This document shows positions 61,301-64,000 of a stretch of DNA of 64,000 nt, piece after piece. The notes under the pieces were generated by a model. It had not been told where the DNA came from. It did not search any database and was given only the letters and a program-made list of their open reading frames with translations. The position numbers and the translations under genes were made by a program. Position 1 is the first letter of the stretch. Each line of letters starts with the position of its first letter. The DNA comes from Mytilus edulis (lineage: Eukaryota), in assembly GCF_963676685.1 (NCBI RefSeq), contig NC_092349.1, forward strand, positions 69,130,001-69,194,000, read 5' to 3'.

Positions 61301-63989
61301 TGTGTACAAGGTTTAGTCACCATGTAACAAGATTACAAAATTTTCTATAGAAATCCCAAAATAAAAAATAATGGTGTTTTGAAATACCCAAGACATATGT
61401 TTATGACACAGAAATGTTTTTACTGCAATAAAATGTAGGATTAATTACCTACAACTGTCAAATCAAGGGAATATTTTTCTAGACCTACTTTCGTATACAA
61501 CCGGATGTGACGTACCATGATTTGGTGGTGATTTGGTGGTATTATACCTATATAACGATCTCAAATTCACGTTCAAGCTTCTGAATTTTTATTAAAACTG
61601 AGGAGAAATAATCCCATATCATCTTTTACAATTTGATTTTTCATTGATATATTTTTCTCTTTTTTCCCTGTACTATTTTATCAGCTTACGCACTTACGAT
61701 TTAAGTACCTACTTACAGTGACCAACATATAGGGTTATAGCAGGCAATACATACACATATTCACCGGTTAAGAGTGTACTAACACATTTGTTGTCTATGA
61801 GGTACCGACTATTGTTTAAAGCGAGCTCGATGGGAATATTTGGTATCAAAGGACGACAGAAAACTTGTAATTATATTCATAACCAGTCATTTAGTGTTGT
61901 TATTAAACCGAATAAAACCCCTTTCAAACTACTACATACAGAACCCGAAAAAAAATAGTTACATACACATGCACAAGATGAACTATCTTGAGTTTTATTT
62001 GCCTATGTGGTGTTTTTCAGTATTGTGTTTACTTTTATCAAGATCAAGTATCTTGATTTAGAAATTCATGTGCATATAATATTATATGATTTAAAATATA
62101 TTGTCCTGCATACATCAAGCAATGCCAGATATTGATGACGACTATGGAACACTACCATAAATGTTTTCTGTATTCAAAATACATTGTATGTCATGATTTT
62201 CTTCATCTTTTTAATTGCTTTTGATAAAAAATTGATAAATTACAGAATACAGATTACACCGCTAACGTTATTTCAAAGTTTAACGTTGCCAAGCGCACAC
62301 GTCCGAGCAGAACATTCAATGACAAATCGATATGCTAAAGTACGGGAAATTTTTTTATTGAACTATTGACCGAGGTAATAGTCCTTGAAACTATGGACTG
62401 TTGACTGGAACAAGATTAAAAAATGTCTGTTTTTTTAAAATACTTTTTGCAAGATATTACACTGGCTGGCTGATCCGTGCATATTATTCGATTTTAATTA
62501 TCAATGAAAATGATGCCAATCATGGATCCCAGAGTAACAACATACACTTTTCTGTTTCTGCTTCCAAAGCTTATACAAATGATATAGGTACCTGACAATG
62601 CACACTGCTTGCTTTTGGGTTGTTGCTTTTTTGTGCGTGCAGCTTACCAAAAACAACGAATTCCGAGGTAAACAAAAATGAATTATTTAATTTGAATATT
62701 TTTCAGGTAAGTTCAGCTAGGAACATTACAGCCATTTAGTAATAACACATATTATGTGAGCAATTTAACAAAAATAATCAATTCTAAGGTAAAATATACA
62801 AAAAAAAACCCATGAATTTCAATCTTATGTTCTGAAAGTATTCTATTGAAGTTCACTTAGACAATGGCTTATTTCTATTAAGTATATGGCTTACCTATAT
62901 AATGTAATCATTGCCAAACATATAATATGCTTCTCAATAGTATTAATATGAAGTTTTATGGTCTTCAAATATAATTGTACACTGCAGAACATATTCATGA
63001 TATTAGATGATCTACTTTTTGCAATTCAATCGTTTGATTTGATGGTACTCCAGGGAAGTTCAGTAAAGATATTTCTTCCATAGTTACTCTATATTTAGTA
63101 ACTGTTTACTAATTATAGATTAGTAACTCTTCAGTTGGCAATAGCAGAATATATCATTGCATATCTTTAATTAGACTTCCTGATAACAGCACATGGAACA
63201 TCCTTATGAGAGTTACTGGGGTGATAAAAAATAATTATTGTCTCTTGAATTCAATAACTTTCATCCTTTTTTCCAAATTTGGTTGATTATATTAAAAGGC
63301 AGACTAATAAAGAACAAGATATTTGATTATTATCAAAATACGACATAAATAACTGAGACAAGTTTCTATCAGCCTGTGCTTCAAATGTCGTACAATGTTA
63401 TTGTTTGGTCGGTTAAAAATACTATTTTCGTATCTTATAACACATTGTTAAAAAAGTTTATTAATTCCAAAGAGAAAAATTGGTTTTTAACTAGTAGTCT
63501 ACATCAATGCTATAAAACTTATGATTCGGTATTATTTTGCTTTGCTCTGTTTTGCTTTTATTATTTTAATAAGAAGATGCGGTATGAGTGCCAATGAAAC
63601 AAATCTCCATCCGATTCATCATTTGTAAAAGTACACCTTAAAAGGTCAAAGTATGGTCTTTAAACAAGAATCATATTTGGTTACAGAAAGGCAATGTAAA
63701 TAAATTTGAAATACAACGAATTATTAAAGTAAGATTAACATGATGTATGTCTTAATGCCACGTTAAATTACACGAGATACAAATTTATTTTTGAGTGTTC
63801 CTACTTTACAATTTAAATCAAAGCAAACAGACGATAGCATTTTAAAGCTTTTTCATTTTCAAGGTATTTTTTTATTCTTATTCATTAAACAATGTATACT
63901 CTATTTTCGTCTAGTTCATCCACAAAATATCAAATGAGACGATGTCAATATTCATATCTGTCCTTTTTAATAATAAATTATTGAATACT
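58325..63989. repeat. Local direct segmental duplication: ~58325-60419 versus ~62232-63989
   Basis: Collinear similarity runs from attgataaattacagaatacagattacacc to gatgtca(t/a)tattca(a/t)atct...tatt(c/g)aatact. Copy 1 carries extra repeat insertions. Confidence 0.92.
61073..61552. mobile_element. MITE with ~19-bp TIRs in a TA/TATA context
   Basis: tataggtgtaatatcacca ... tggtggtattatacctata. Confidence 0.7.
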
Positions 63990-64000
63990 TGGTCAAAGAT

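Overview
This is AT-rich, intron-containing eukaryotic DNA. Its repeat families and genes suggest a bivalve mollusc, most likely a Mytilus mussel (inference). Two spliced protein-coding genes can be reconstructed on the + strand. (1) A 130-aa secreted conodipine-like (group IX-type) phospholipase A2, with coding exons 32461-32652 and 34599-34799; the ORF track misses the second exon. (2) A Mab-21/cGAS-like receptor (cGLR) nucleotidyltransferase with an intact catalytic triad. Its main exon (47695-48954) has an ideal in-phase partner in an 11-codon upstream exon (46218-46250, MGGCISKNNYM). Splicing them gives an N-terminus with predicted myristoylation, palmitoylation and a polybasic patch, i.e. 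a candidate membrane-anchored cGLR. The rest is mostly mobile DNA. There are many ~350-bp hammerhead-ribozyme retrozyme/Penelope-type repeats in two ribozyme variants; in two cases one copy is inserted into the catalytic core of another. Other elements include Penelope RT relics, a 3.7-kb DNA transposon with ~320-bp TIRs and a 6-bp TSD, a Deu/Nin-type tRNA SINE, a Helentron-associated element, several MITEs, and four or five unrelated elements sharing a 'short IR pair + long hairpin' architecture. Satellites and a local segmental triplication near the right end are also present. Nearly all other ORFs in the track appear spurious.
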